Assembly: GCF_018350175.1 (NCBI RefSeq)
Contig: NC_058368.1
Coordinates: 4,650,001-4,714,000 of the forward strand
Length of the DNA: 64,000 nt
Source of the DNA: Felis catus
Lineage: Eukaryota
Direction: 5' to 3'
How positions within the stretch are numbered: position 1 is the first letter of the stretch; each line of letters starts with the position of its first letter. The notes beneath the pieces are model-generated. The model had not been told where the DNA came from. It ran no database searches and saw only the letters and a program-made list of their open reading frames with translations. Shown one piece after another: positions 49,940 through 61,250 of the stretch. Both the position numbers and the translations under genes were made by a program.

Positions 49940-50760
49940 AAAACGGCCCGTGGGGGTGTCAGGACGGCGATTTCTCCCCCCCAGTTCCGCATTCGGGTAC
50001 ACGACCGACCGAGGTCGCACACTCAACAGAAAGGTCCGGAAGCAGGGCTGGGACTCGGGCTCTGGGTCCCTTCTGTCCAGCCCCGCGCACGTCAGGACTG
50101 CGTTCGGCCAGCCCTGCGGACCCGAAGCCTGCGTACGGTGGCCGAGCCCCACAGCGGCCCATTCCTCTCCCGTTACATCCAGGGCCGACATGGCAGCTCC
50201 ATGCCGTCCGCGGGTTCCAGGCTCTCTGTGTGTTTCTGCTCAGTCACACTTCGCACGTTGTCTTCCTCCTTGCGGTGGCAAAATGACTGCCACCGCCGAG
50301 GGACTAGCTCCGTGTTCCACGAAGGAGGGCAGGCGGCGAAAGGCAACATGGCGGCTATCAGTTACTTATCCTTTCCGAAGCGTTCCTGGAAGCCCCGCCC
50401 AGTGACCCCTCTCGCACCTCATTGGCTGAAGCGTGTCAGCTGGTCAAGCCTAACCGCGAGGGCGTCTGGGAGGCTGGAGGTACTAGGCTGGGCACGTTGG
50501 CACCCAGCCGCAAACCTGAGCTGTCGTGAACGGGGGACGGTCGGCCGTGTTTGCTGCGACGGCTTTCCTCCCTCCTCCACCTTCGCTTATTGTGGGTGGC
50601 CGCATCGTCGCCCGGCCTCCTCATCTCCTTGTCCTCTCTCACCCCGGTTCCCCACCCCCAAAAGTGTTACAATATCCCGGGAGAGCCAGGTTCTCCGACT
50701 GTTGCCCGTTTCTCAGCAAAACTATTTCAAGGAAGTGTTAGAGGGCCGACACTCCACGAA
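49940..50760. promoter_or_regulatory. CpG island promoter
   Basis: CpG-dense; CCAAT (attgg 50421-50425), GC box gccccgccc (50392-50400), YY1 motif caacatggcggc (50344-50355), ETS ccggaag (~50036), CRE-like gcacgtca (~50087). Confidence 0.85.
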
Positions 50761-51434
50761 AGTAATTAATACGACTCCGTGAAAGTTGTATCCACCCTGG
50801 ATTTTGTTACAGTTCCCGTTTCAAGTATGTGGTCCTCCGTAAACCAAAATACACGTTCTCACGAACAATTGGAACGGCCTGTAAAAAGCCCAACCTTTGC
50901 GCCTCCAGACTTTACCCCCTGGGTACCCGGAAGTAGCGCAAAAGGCCTTTGTCGGACATGCCTTGATCTTGGGGTCTTTCTGGGAGACGGGGATGCCGAG
51001 GTGGATGAGACAAGACCCCATGGCTTCCAAGTGCTCTCTGTCTGGGTGGGGAGACAGTCCGGTGTCCTGGTCGGGTAAGTTGGGATGGTTCTGTGGATTG
51101 AGTCCATGCCTCATGGGGCCCAGAGAGGAGGGACACTGGTGTGTGCACGAAGGAACAAGCACGAGGACTATTTGATGGGACACGGGCAAGGTTTGCCCAG
51201 AGCATGGTATGAATGCTCCTCTTTTTTGCTGTAAACAAATGCACGAAAACTTAAAAGCTCAAGCAAACGTTGGTTTTTTTCAAAGCGGCCACTAAGTGGA
51301 CGTTCCTAACGCAGCCTTTGTTCCAAGCGTTCCTTTCCAAATGCAGAATGTTCCAAGTGCAGTTCCTTTCCTGGATTACTTCCAAGTGTATAGGAAAATC
51401 TTTTGAATTTGCTCACTGAAAAATCCTTGTCCTT

Positions 51435-51637
51435 GGGGGCACCCGGGCGGGTCAGTCGATTAAGCATCTGACTTTTGATTTCAGCTCAGGTCATGATCCC
51501 AGGGTCATGGGATTGAGCCCCTCATCAGGCTCTCCACGGGGCATGAAGCCTGCTTAAGAGTCTCCCTCTCTCCCTCTGCCCCTCCCTCACTCACACACGC
51601 ATTGGCTCGCTCTCTTTCTAAGAAAAAAAAAAAAAAA
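51435..51637 (+). mobile_element. Can-SINE (older subfamily)
   Basis: TSD aaaaatccttgtcctt / aaaaatcattgtcctt. Confidence 0.9.
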
Positions 51638-51822
51638 TCATTGTCCTTTAGGATTTCTTTGTGAGCATACAGGGACGTCTATGAAGATAAACAGGTGAAT
51701 CAGGATGAAGCAGGATTGCTGCAGAGCTCCCCACAACTTTCTTTCCAGCAAGTTCACCTGCTGAGAGTCCCAGCCCCTTAATTACATAAGTGAAGCCTAT
51801 AGAGAAAAAAGTAAAGAATTTT

Positions 51823-52038
51823 AAATTTTTTTTTCAACGTTTTTATTTATTTTGGGACAGAGAGAGACAGAGCATGAACGGGGGAGGGGCAGAGAGAGAG
51901 GGAGACACAGAATCGGAAACAGGCTCCAGGCTCTGAGCCATCAGCCCAGAGCCTGATGCGGGGCTCGAACCCCCGGACCGCGAGATCATGACCTGGCTGA
52001 AGTCGGACGCTTAACTGACTGCGCCACCCAGGTGCCCC
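51823..52038 (-). mobile_element. SINEC_Fc-type Can-SINE
   Basis: Diagnostic aatcggaaacaggctcc..gccatcagcccagagcc; TSD aaaaaagtaaagaatttt. Confidence 0.95.
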
Positions 52039-53529
52039 GAAAAAAGTAAAGAATTTTAAAAGCCGTCAACATTTGAACAGACCTTTATTTATGTCCAGGA
52101 CAACAGTGTGTTTACAGATTCTGTTGGTTTCTGTCCCCTCAGTTATGCGATAAGTGGTCACTTCTTCACATGTGGTCGGTTTTATCCTGAAAAACAGTTA
52201 AACCCTCAGCGTGCTATCAGCACAAAGAACTATCTACTTATCTGCTTAGGGAACGAGGATTTGGGACGATTAATCCTACAAAGCTGGCCACCTTTAAGCG
52301 TCTCGTCTTGTCTGAGAAACACCTTGCTCTCGTGACACTCCAAGAGGAGTTGAAATGTAGCCAATAAATCAGAAAAGTTACTCTTCCTTCCATGTGCTTC
52401 TAGAATTCTCAGCTTTGCTTTTGCCTTATTTCTGACCTTTTCTCATTTTCTCTCTTCTCTGTTCATGCTTTCTCTCCTCCCGGCTGGACCCTGGGACAGT
52501 GGCTCGACTCATGTTTGCTAAGCAGTCTCCTTTTCAATCCAGTTATAGGTCGGTGTCCATATTGGCTCATACTGAGTACTGGCAGGATTCTTCCTTCTGA
52601 CCGCGAAGGTCTGGGCTCTGTTCACTTAGTCACCAGAACCATTAGCCTCTTTGTGCAAAGCCACTCTCTATTGCATCAGCCGGTGGCTCTCCGGTGTGGA
52701 CTCCTGGGCACTTACGGGCACTTATTTCCCTGGCACGATTCGCTCACACAAGCCGCTGGGCACACATAGAGCTCGGTGCAAACATGCCTCCAGCAATGAC
52801 AGGCCCTAAAACTGGGGATGAGGTCAGCCTGAGGGTTCACTGCCAGCACTGGGCAGAAAGAAAACATCCTGAAGGAAAGGGTGGGGTGGGGCAGCCTCCG
52901 GGCCACCTCACCCACCTCTTTGAACTTTCCCCAAATGCTGGGGAGCGGGAGGTGATTTTCTGGTTCAGGAAAAGACAACAGATCATCAGGAAGCAGCACA
53001 AGGCTAGGACTCTAGGGCCCTCTCGGGTCCTGACCTTTTGGCCAGATTCACGGGATTTTTAATCCACCACTTTGGTCCCAGAGCCATTGATGGGCTTTGG
53101 TCCCCAGGACGGGGGAATGATCGGTATCACTCCCCAGACAGGAGCTGGGTACGACTGGCTCAATTCTTAGGAGGAAGCATGCCTGACAAAAATTTGCCCT
53201 AAGTCCTGAATGATAAATAAATGATACATAAATTGGGCACACTGAGTATATAGGCAGAAATAGCCAGAAATCCTTGCAGGGATCAGAAGCTACTGGCTCT
53301 TCCTTCTGCCCCAGACACAGAGCACCATCCATCTCATCCAACGTCAGCGTCAGCAGGTACCATCAGGGGAATCAGACAGGTGACTGTTTAGCAGAACAAA
53401 CCAACACTTTCTAATTAAAGTTTCTAATTAGGCCTCCACCGAGTGTCTGGTCTTTAGTGCTAGCTCTGAGGGCTGCAAAGAACCTTGGGCTCTTCTGACA
53501 GCCTTAACATCTCTCCAGACAGGCCCCAA

Positions 53530-53531
<2 letters not shown>

Positions 53532-53586
<55 letters not shown>
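53532..53586. repeat. (TG)n microsatellite
   Basis: Seen directly. Confidence 0.95.
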
Positions 53587-53588
<2 letters not shown>

Positions 53589-55488
53589 TTTAACTTTAAA
53601 TCCTGCAACACAAAAGTTAACTTTAAAAGGATAGACCGTGGGAATTTAAGGATTAAAGTCAGGCTGGATTCTTGCTCCCTCCCTCCCACGCAGGACAGAT
53701 TTCCCACTAAATTCTTTGATCACTGGATGTTCTTCTGACCCTCAATATTTTAGCGTGGGCTGTGCAAAGTGGACATTGCCACCAAAGTTCAGACGGTCTC
53801 TCTTTTCAGTGGATACCACCAGGACTTTGGATGTAAGGCCTGCCTTGCAGAAGTCACCTTTTAAAGTAACATAAATGGTCATTAGAGGGTCTCAGTAGAT
53901 TGATGGCCGGAGCCTCAGGGTGACACAAAGGAGGGTTGCTCCCCTGGTGTTGAGTTAGCCCAGCATCTGCTGTGGTCACATTAGATCGTTGGTCTCCTGA
54001 AACTTTAGTGTAATCATTTATTTATCATCCTAAATAAAGAACATAATTTAATTTTGAATGGCAGAAAAAATAAAAAGGTTTTTAGATCACTTGTTTTCTT
54101 ACCGGGTTTAAAGATCCATGTGTAGTAAAAATGTCATTGTATTGGAAAGGTAAGCACAAAATTCATCATTCCAGAAATAAGATACACTAAAGGCTGACCT
54201 TTACTTCATATTTTTAGTGGAAAGTAAGCACTTTCTTATCAGGTAGGACATTTTGATGCTAAAATCCTCCTTGAGTATATTTTTTGCTTCTCTCACTCCA
54301 AGGAATCCTGTTGCCAACAAACAAGGCTGTATGTCCATATCAATGGGGAGCTTTAAAAATGCAGATTCCTGGGCCTGGGACCAGCTAGGTTGTAAAACTG
54401 TAATTTAGGACAAGGAAGGACAGGCTAATTGCTAGTAAGCTACATGAGGCCTGGGCAGCATCCAACGGACCCTCCTGCTTGCTCTGACCTGCTACTCAGT
54501 TACCTCTCAGCTTTGTCCCGCTCTTCAAACAGCTAACCAGAAGCGAGAAAAATCTGACCGAGCACTGGGCTTAGAATAAATTTAAGTTGGTGCTTTAAAA
54601 GGTTTTGAAATCTTTACAGAGCAGGTTAGGTAAGTTCCCAACAGAACCGGCAGAGGCAGAGGTCAGAGCAGGCCCCGGATGTCATTTCCTCTCCAGGGCT
54701 TGACAAGTGCACATATGCCCCACAGAGCATGGGAAGATGCCTGATTGGCCATCGAGGAGTCCAGGTTATGGGCAAGGGTACCGGTCTGGACTGCTGGAAT
54801 GGACCCCTACCGTGTTGCCTGTTGGAGGGCGCTTTATTCTTCTGACACCGCAGGACCCTAGGGTTTACAACTGATATGTTAGAGGTTCCTTCCATCCAGA
54901 GTCTCCCCCTCCAACTTCAAAGGGACTCGCAGACACCAGAGACAGTGTGCGGCAGGGGTTGGCCCTCTGATTACAAAGCAATTTACAGTCATTTATCTGT
55001 GAGTGCTGTTAGTTAATTACACTGTCATTTTGCCAACAGAGGAAGAAGTGCTTGGATGCAAACAACTCAGAGCGAAAAGTAAGGAATGAATAAAGCCGTA
55101 ACAGACGATGCTTTTTTTCCCATCTGTGATGTGCAGTTTAAATGTATATCATCATACTTTAACGTTACATTCAACGCAAATGTTATGCTTGCTCACAAGT
55201 CAATATTTTATGCCCTTTCCGGGACCTCATTACTGTTCAGCAAACACTGGCACATCCTATATGCGCGGGGATGGACTAACGCTTTGTGGGAAAACAGGTT
55301 TAGAGGGATCTAAACTGAACTTGAAGTGACTTGTCACAATGTTCATTTCTTGAACGCTTCCTGTGCTGGATATCTTCTGTTTCCTTCCTAGGGTTACCCT
55401 TCTCCAGCCTGCTGTGTCCCCAGTGGCTGCCTTTGTGCCCTCAGGCTTCTGGTTGGGTTTGCTCGATGGGGAGCACAGCCCAGCCTGA

Positions 55489-55541
55489 AAGGAGGGAGGG
55501 AGGAAGGGAGGGAAGAAGGGAGGGAGGAAGGGAGGGAGGGA
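55489..55541. repeat. (GGAG/GGAA)n purine tract
   Basis: Seen directly. Confidence 0.9.
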
Positions 55542-55948
55542 TGAGGTCAGGCTGGAGGCACTGTGGGCTGGCTGTCCTTGACTAAAGGTCATGGCACCTA
55601 CAAGGCAGCTGTCTCTGCCTCCGGGTTTCTGGCAATGACCTCTCAGGTTCCTCCTCTAACCTGGAGGTGGTGTCCCTACACCTTTGTAAATAATTCCTTT
55701 ATGAAACATTCTTCAAGTGTCCCCCCTTCCTGCCATGACTGACTGGCATTTCTGCTGCCACTTTTGGTGTTATTTAATTAAATCTTCAAACAACACGATG
55801 AGGTGAACATTAGTAACTTTACAGACCCTGGATCCGAGTCTCAGGTGAGTTGGGGATTTCCCCAAGGCCACAGGTAAGATCATGGAAGTGCTGGCATTCC
55901 AACCCATTTCTGTTTGGCTTCATAACCTCTGGTCCTCCTATTACAATC

Positions 55949-56003
55949 GAGAGAGAGAGACAGAGAGAGAAAGAGAGAGGGAGGGAGGGGGAGGGAGAGA
56001 GAA
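55949..56003. repeat. (GA)n / G-rich purine tract
   Basis: Seen directly. Confidence 0.9.
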
Positions 56004-56169
56004 GCTTCATGGTACAGATTAGCAAAGAGCTGCCAAGTTAATAATGAAAGTAATGTGCCTATTTTTGCCCTCTTTCCCCTGTTCCTGTCTAGGGAAACTC
56101 CAGAAGGAACACTGACTGTCACCAGCTTTAGAAAATGACTCAAGTCCAGCATTTACTGAGGAGTCATCT

Positions 56170-56220
56170 GTTAGCTACTCCAGCTGGTTAGAGCATGGCG
56201 GTAATGAGACCAAGATCTGA
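56170..56220 (+). mobile_element. tRNA-Ile(AAT)-like SINE head relic (MamSINE1-like)
   Basis: gttagct..cagctggttagagcatggcggtaatgagaccaagatc aligns to the 5' two-thirds of tRNA-Ile-AAT; no T arm. Confidence 0.6.
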
Positions 56221-58959
56221 CCTCAGGTCCCTCTGTTTCTAGTTAATTGGATGCCGTGACAAAGTGTTCCAGAGGCCCCGGGCCACATCCACCTCCAGAT
56301 GCCTCTCCCAGACTCACATCACAGCAGAGAAGGCTCCAGACAGCCCTGCCTCCACCCCTCAAGGCCGCCTCTGCAGCGCAATAGGGCTGAGAAGGGAACA
56401 GAATTGCAGCAGGATCTTACAACAGACCTGGAGGTGGGGGGAGGAAGCCTCCAGTCATGCTAGGCTGGGTCAGCGGGGAGGGTGCAAGACTCCCACCTGC
56501 CTCCCCTGCTCTATCCCCATCCCTCCAGGAACCACACCGGGGGGGGGGGGGGGGGGGGGGGCTGAAGGCGAACCAGACACTTGCTCCCAGCTGCAGGGAC
56601 AGTCGTCTCTGGGAAAAGGGAGGATCTGAAATCCACATTCCAGAGTGGGCTCCCTTTCACCTCTTTTCATCCTTTATTGACTTGCCAACTAATTGACCAG
56701 ATGTTTATGGAGCATCTATTATTTTCGAGAAGAGTGCTGGGCTTCCTGTGTCCTTTTCTCCTGCCTTCTGGCACCTTTCCCTTGGGTTGCCCAAGGCACT
56801 TCTGCCTTCTTCCTTGTTCCTCACCTCCAAGATGACCTCTCTCCTCCTTCCTACTCCCAGCAAGAGAAACTTCCATCCCTTGAATCATGAAGATCCTAGC
56901 CACGTATGAAGAAGAAATTCCCTGGTTATTAATTCAGCTGGGAGGACTGACAACTCTCCCCAACCCTCCCTGGGTCCTTAAACCTACTGGATCTCTAACT
57001 GGTAACTATTACAGAGTGTGGAGGAAAGCCAGCTGCTCCAGGGACCGCTCCATGGGCTCCCCACAAGGGGTCATTTGCATTTTCTATCTGTGCTGAAGGA
57101 GAAACTCAAAGTACACCCCCTCTCCCCCTTTCCTAACCTGATCACTCACCAGCTTCTGTTAAAGAGGCAAACACTCTTCCTCTCACCCGTGTCTCCCCTC
57201 TGCCCCTTCCCCGCACCCTCAGGCTCCAAACGTCCCTTCCAATTTTCTTTTCCCAGTGCAATTAGGAGACTCTCGTTAGGAACGAGAGGATGCTTCAGGG
57301 GTCCTCTCCCCCCACTTCTGTTAGAAGCAGCAGCTCCCTCATGGGGAGCCCACAGACTGCATTCTTGAAGAATGCAGAAGAGGTGGGTTCTGACCATCAC
57401 ACGCCGGCCCCAGAGTCAGTGTGGCCCCCTCTACGTGCTGCGCAGGCTTAAGTTATGGGGGGGCAGGAAATGGGAGCCTTACAGCGGACACTGGGAGGGA
57501 AGAGGGGGGAGGAGACAATGGAGCCGCCTGGGGGCAGAGGAGAGAGATCCCGCTTCGCCACTGCCTTCTCTACCACCTCTCCCTTTGCCTCTACCCTTTA
57601 TTCCCCTGTGAATTTCATCCCTTTTCGGATGACCCCAATGAGGGACTTGCTCTTACAAATTTGGCTCGGATGAGAAAGGAAAAAAAAAACAAAGCTGACA
57701 ACATTCTAGTAACATCTGGTCCCACTGCAGACATTTGGACAAGTCTGTACAGAACATTAGAAATTAGCAAAATGGACCAACCAGTGATTACATAAAGATG
57801 CATATAAAGAAGGCAAAAATTGGAGTACAGCCCTCTTGTTTGTTTCAGGGGACAAAAGTAGGATCTATACAATATAAAACATGCAACTGAAACGGGCAAA
57901 GTTTAGCCAGATGGCTCATTTAGCTTTTCAGGAGGTTGAGTGCCCGACACTCAGACTTGTTTGCTGACCTTTGAATAAATCCACTCCCAGGATTACCATT
58001 TTCACCAACGTCTATAAAAGAGCACAGCCTTCTGAGCGGATACCTTTGAGAAGATGGGATATTCTGCTGCACTGGAAAAGCAAGGCCAACATCCCCCACC
58101 CACCGCACCTCTTTGTTATTTCAGAACTAAATAGGGGCTGCGGGTCTAGACTGGGTCTACCCTCAGAGGGCTCTCCACAGCCTCCCTCCTGGTCATCTGT
58201 AACAGGGAAAAAAAGGGGTCGGTCATGGTTCTTCTAAGCTTCTAGATAGAGAATGAGATTGTGCCATAGTGTAGATAAAATACCCAAAACAAATAAAACA
58301 AAAACTTAACCTCCCCCGCCAATTTCTTAAAAACCAAAGACCAGTTTATCATTGACTATTTCCTAAGAACTGAGATAACTGCTTTCTTTGGTGAATTTAC
58401 GTGTGATGTGATGCTTAGAAGACTCTGCCTCAACCGGGTGTGCTTGGCAAAGGAGGCGGGTCGTAGTCGGTTATAATCTGGACGAATGCCAGGGCTCCGT
58501 GCTGGCACAATGGTGTGGACCCACCCGCCCGCCCAGAGCCCCGGCAGGCCGCCGGGGGAAGTAGCTCAGCCGGACAGGCGTTCGAGCCTTCCTTTCCCAT
58601 AACCAGTTTGCCCCGGTGATCTCAAAAACCTGAAACAGGACATTTGTTGAGGAATTAACAATGGCCATCCCTGGGTGGGGGACTCTTAAGTGACTAATCT
58701 TCTGTTTTAAACACTCCCCAGGGGGCTCTCACTGCTTTCGTGATTTTTTAAAAATAAAAAACAAAATAAATTTAAAAAGCAGAGCAGTGGGGGACAACTC
58801 CCACTTCCTCTTCTTCATTTGTTATCTTGCAGTTTTCTGCCCTGGGAAGGTTCCCACAGTCAGTGTCATTTCCTTCACGGCCGTGCAGTACCTAATTCCC
58901 ATCCATAAGTGGAACTCAGTGAACTCTCCTCTCAGTCCACGTTTGGTCCTGTCTCTCCT

Positions 58960-59172
58960 GTTCATTTGTTCATTCGTTCATTCATTCAGAGAGTGCAAGT
59001 GGGGGAGGAGCAGAGAGAGAGAGAAAGACAGCATCCCAAGAGAATCCCAACCAGGCTCTGCATTGCCAGCACGGAGCCCGACATGGGGCTCAAACCCAAG
59101 AAACCATGAGATCAGGACCTGAGCCAAAACCAAGAATCAGATGCTTACCCGACTGCGCCCCCAAGGACTCCC
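58960..59172 (-). mobile_element. Can-SINE (diverged)
   Basis: gagaatcccaaccaggctctgc..acatggggctcaaacc..gacctgagcc. Confidence 0.85.
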
Positions 59173-59324
59173 CACCCCCCACCCCCTGCCCGCCCCGTCT
59201 CTCCTATTAACCTCCAAGTGCCTGATGGGCAAGGATTCCAAAACACTGGGCAGTCCCTTCAGCTCCTAAACACACATACAATTTTTCTTTCTGGCTGATA
59301 CTTTGACTTTGCCTTTAAGCATTT

Positions 59325-59535
59325 ATAGTAATAATGGCAACAAGCACTTACGGAGTATTTATGCCAGAATCTGTCTAAGCACTTCACAAGCATTAACACT
59401 TAATTCTCATGAAACCCTAGGAACTGGGTACTACCAGCATCCTCACTTTACAGGTGGGAAAACCGAGGCAGAGGACGATATAGTAACCAATGAGTGGCAG
59501 AGCCAGAGTCTGAATCCAACCTGACTGTGCTCTGC
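59325..59535 (-). mobile_element. MIR relic
   Basis: ctaagcacttcaca..cactttacaggtgggaaaaccgaggcagag..gagtggcagagccag. Confidence 0.8.
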
Positions 59536-60764
59536 TTGTAGAAAACGCACATAAACTTCATTTACTTTCCTTGAGGCTCCCATCGCTGCTGTGCATGGTA
59601 GGGACAAAGGCAAGGGAAGACCACTTACACCATAAATCTTCCTAGCGTCTAACAACAGGACCAAAGGGAGTAACCTAGGCGACTCACCCAGAGAGTCTCA
59701 CTTGCAAAGGCAAAAAGCCTTTTGCATTCTGCAACATTTCCTTGCAGTCACACGCCAGCTTCCTGACAATCATTAACTAGGCAATTAAACAGTGGAAGCA
59801 GAATCCTGACTTTTACAAAGGAGGAACAGACAGAATCCCAGGAGTTTGCGGGCTGGGAGGAACAGACGGAGGCTGGCATCTAGGATTGCCTTAGTGCCAG
59901 ATACAGATCACAGCAGGGTGGGATCTGATCAGTTTCCCACTAAAGACAGCTGGAATAAACAAATCAACAGAACAAGGACCATTTGGTGATTGTTTCTCCT
60001 TGCTGTTTGGGGGAGGGAGGGGGAGGGGAGTAAGTGAGAGACTACAAGCTGTTTGAAGAGAACTTCGGCATTTGATTCTCACTGTAACGCTAATGGCCAC
60101 CCTGTCTAAAACACCACGGTATTTCCCAGCAGGACATCTTCTCAAACCGTTCTTCTGGTGACACAGAGAGGGCATTTATCTGCCCGGCAAGCCTCTCCAG
60201 TTGTCTTGTTCTTCTAAGGTCGCCATCCCCAGCTTTGACCAGTTGGTTGCTGGTTCAGCTCTCAGGAGGACTGTTTATAATGAAGACAGGAGATAAGACC
60301 CCGCACAGCGACAAGTTCAGACTTTGGGCCGATTTAGAAGGCACAGACCGGGGAAACCTTGCAAAGGGGTTCTGTTTTTCTGAGTGACTCATCGGCCGCT
60401 TTTGAGGACCTTTTTTCTCGTGACAGCTGCTCACACCAAGCAAAGGTTATCATGATGTTCACCTCAGTTGGAGCAAAAGGAGTCTTTACAAGAGGTTCTG
60501 ATAAATGCCCCACGTCTGATTTCCTAGACGTCTGGGTCCATGGGAAAATGTCTACCAACTGCAAAGAAAAAAAAAGTAGTATTTGCAAAGGCAAGTTTGG
60601 TCAATATTTTTTTTTCTCTCTCAATATCGGGTTCAAAGTTTTTCTGTTGAATTTGTGTAGAATTTTCTCCTTTTAAAATAGTTCTGGGTTTATCCTTGGC
60701 AAGGATTGGGTAAGAACTTGAAAATGATCACACACAAAAAAAGAGAACGTTGTCCAAGGATCTT

Positions 60765-60975
60765 AGTGTTTCAGTTCAACCCCCAAAACATCTTTCCTGG
60801 CCCCACTACATACTGGCCATGTGACTGTGGGTTAGTTAGCCTCTCCAAGGCTCCATAGTTCTCTGTGTAAAATGCGGACATAGGTTGGTATCTCCCCGAT
60901 AGAGATGTGAGAATTAGAGGAGAATCTTCATAATGTTCTCAACACGGGGACTAGCACACAGTAAGTCCCAAATAA
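60765..60975 (+). mobile_element. MIR relic
   Basis: tactggccatgtgactgtggg..tgtaaaatgcggacat..tagcacacagtaagt. Confidence 0.65.
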
Positions 60976-61101
60976 GTTCTTTGTACTCTTGCTCCTGTCA
61001 GCTATTGAGAGGTAAGTATGTGCTGGGCACTGGGGGCGGGGGTGAGGGGTGGCGGGGGGTGGTGGCCAGAGATGGTTCTTCCTCTCAAGAGACAGGCAGA
61101 T

Positions 61102-61250
61102 GCACTGCTTCTCAAGGTCTGTTCCTCGAGGCGGCTGCAGCATCGACAGAGACTTGCTGAAAATGCAAATCCCCACCCCAGACCCACTGACTTTGAACCC
61201 CTGGGGGCCGGGCCCAGCAATCTGCCACTTACAAGTCCCCAGGTGACCCT
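61102..61250. mobile_element. MER5A-like DNA transposon relic
   Basis: cactgcttctcaag..aaatgcaaatcc..ccccagacccactga..gggcccagcaatctg..ccccaggtga. Confidence 0.7.

Larger units (their letters stand above)
32055..50365 (-). ncRNA. Putative spliced lncRNA-like transcript. Candidate exons: ~50177-50365, 41493-41613, 35715-35820, 33278-33360, terminal ~32055-32322
   Basis: Promoter motif order fits a minus-strand TSS. Exon motifs: ttctttccacag..GGG|gtgaga; cactgac..cctaattcag..ACG|gtgaat; ccatcttttgtgcacag..GAA|gtaagc; cctaattgttag..AATAAA (32077-32082) with a GU-rich element downstream. No long spliced ORF. Connectivity is inferred. Confidence 0.35.

Noticed and set aside
50764..50777. AATTAATACGACTC, a 14-nt match to the upstream part of the T7 promoter
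   Set aside because: Lacks the ACTATAGG portion, there is no other vector sequence, and it is embedded in continuous genomic context; treated as coincidence.
49931..50782. 283-aa plus-strand ORF, the longest in the window
   Set aside because: Non-ATG start, lies wholly within a stop-poor CpG island, and resembles no known protein.
56170..56240. Functional tRNA-Ile gene
   Set aside because: No T arm/B box, an insertion in the D-arm region and no acceptor stem; ancient SINE relic.
56539..56561. 23-nt poly-G run (shorter runs near 15207, 20476, 33871, 39803)
   Set aside because: Simple homopolymers; length may be unreliable in the assembly and there is no associated structure.
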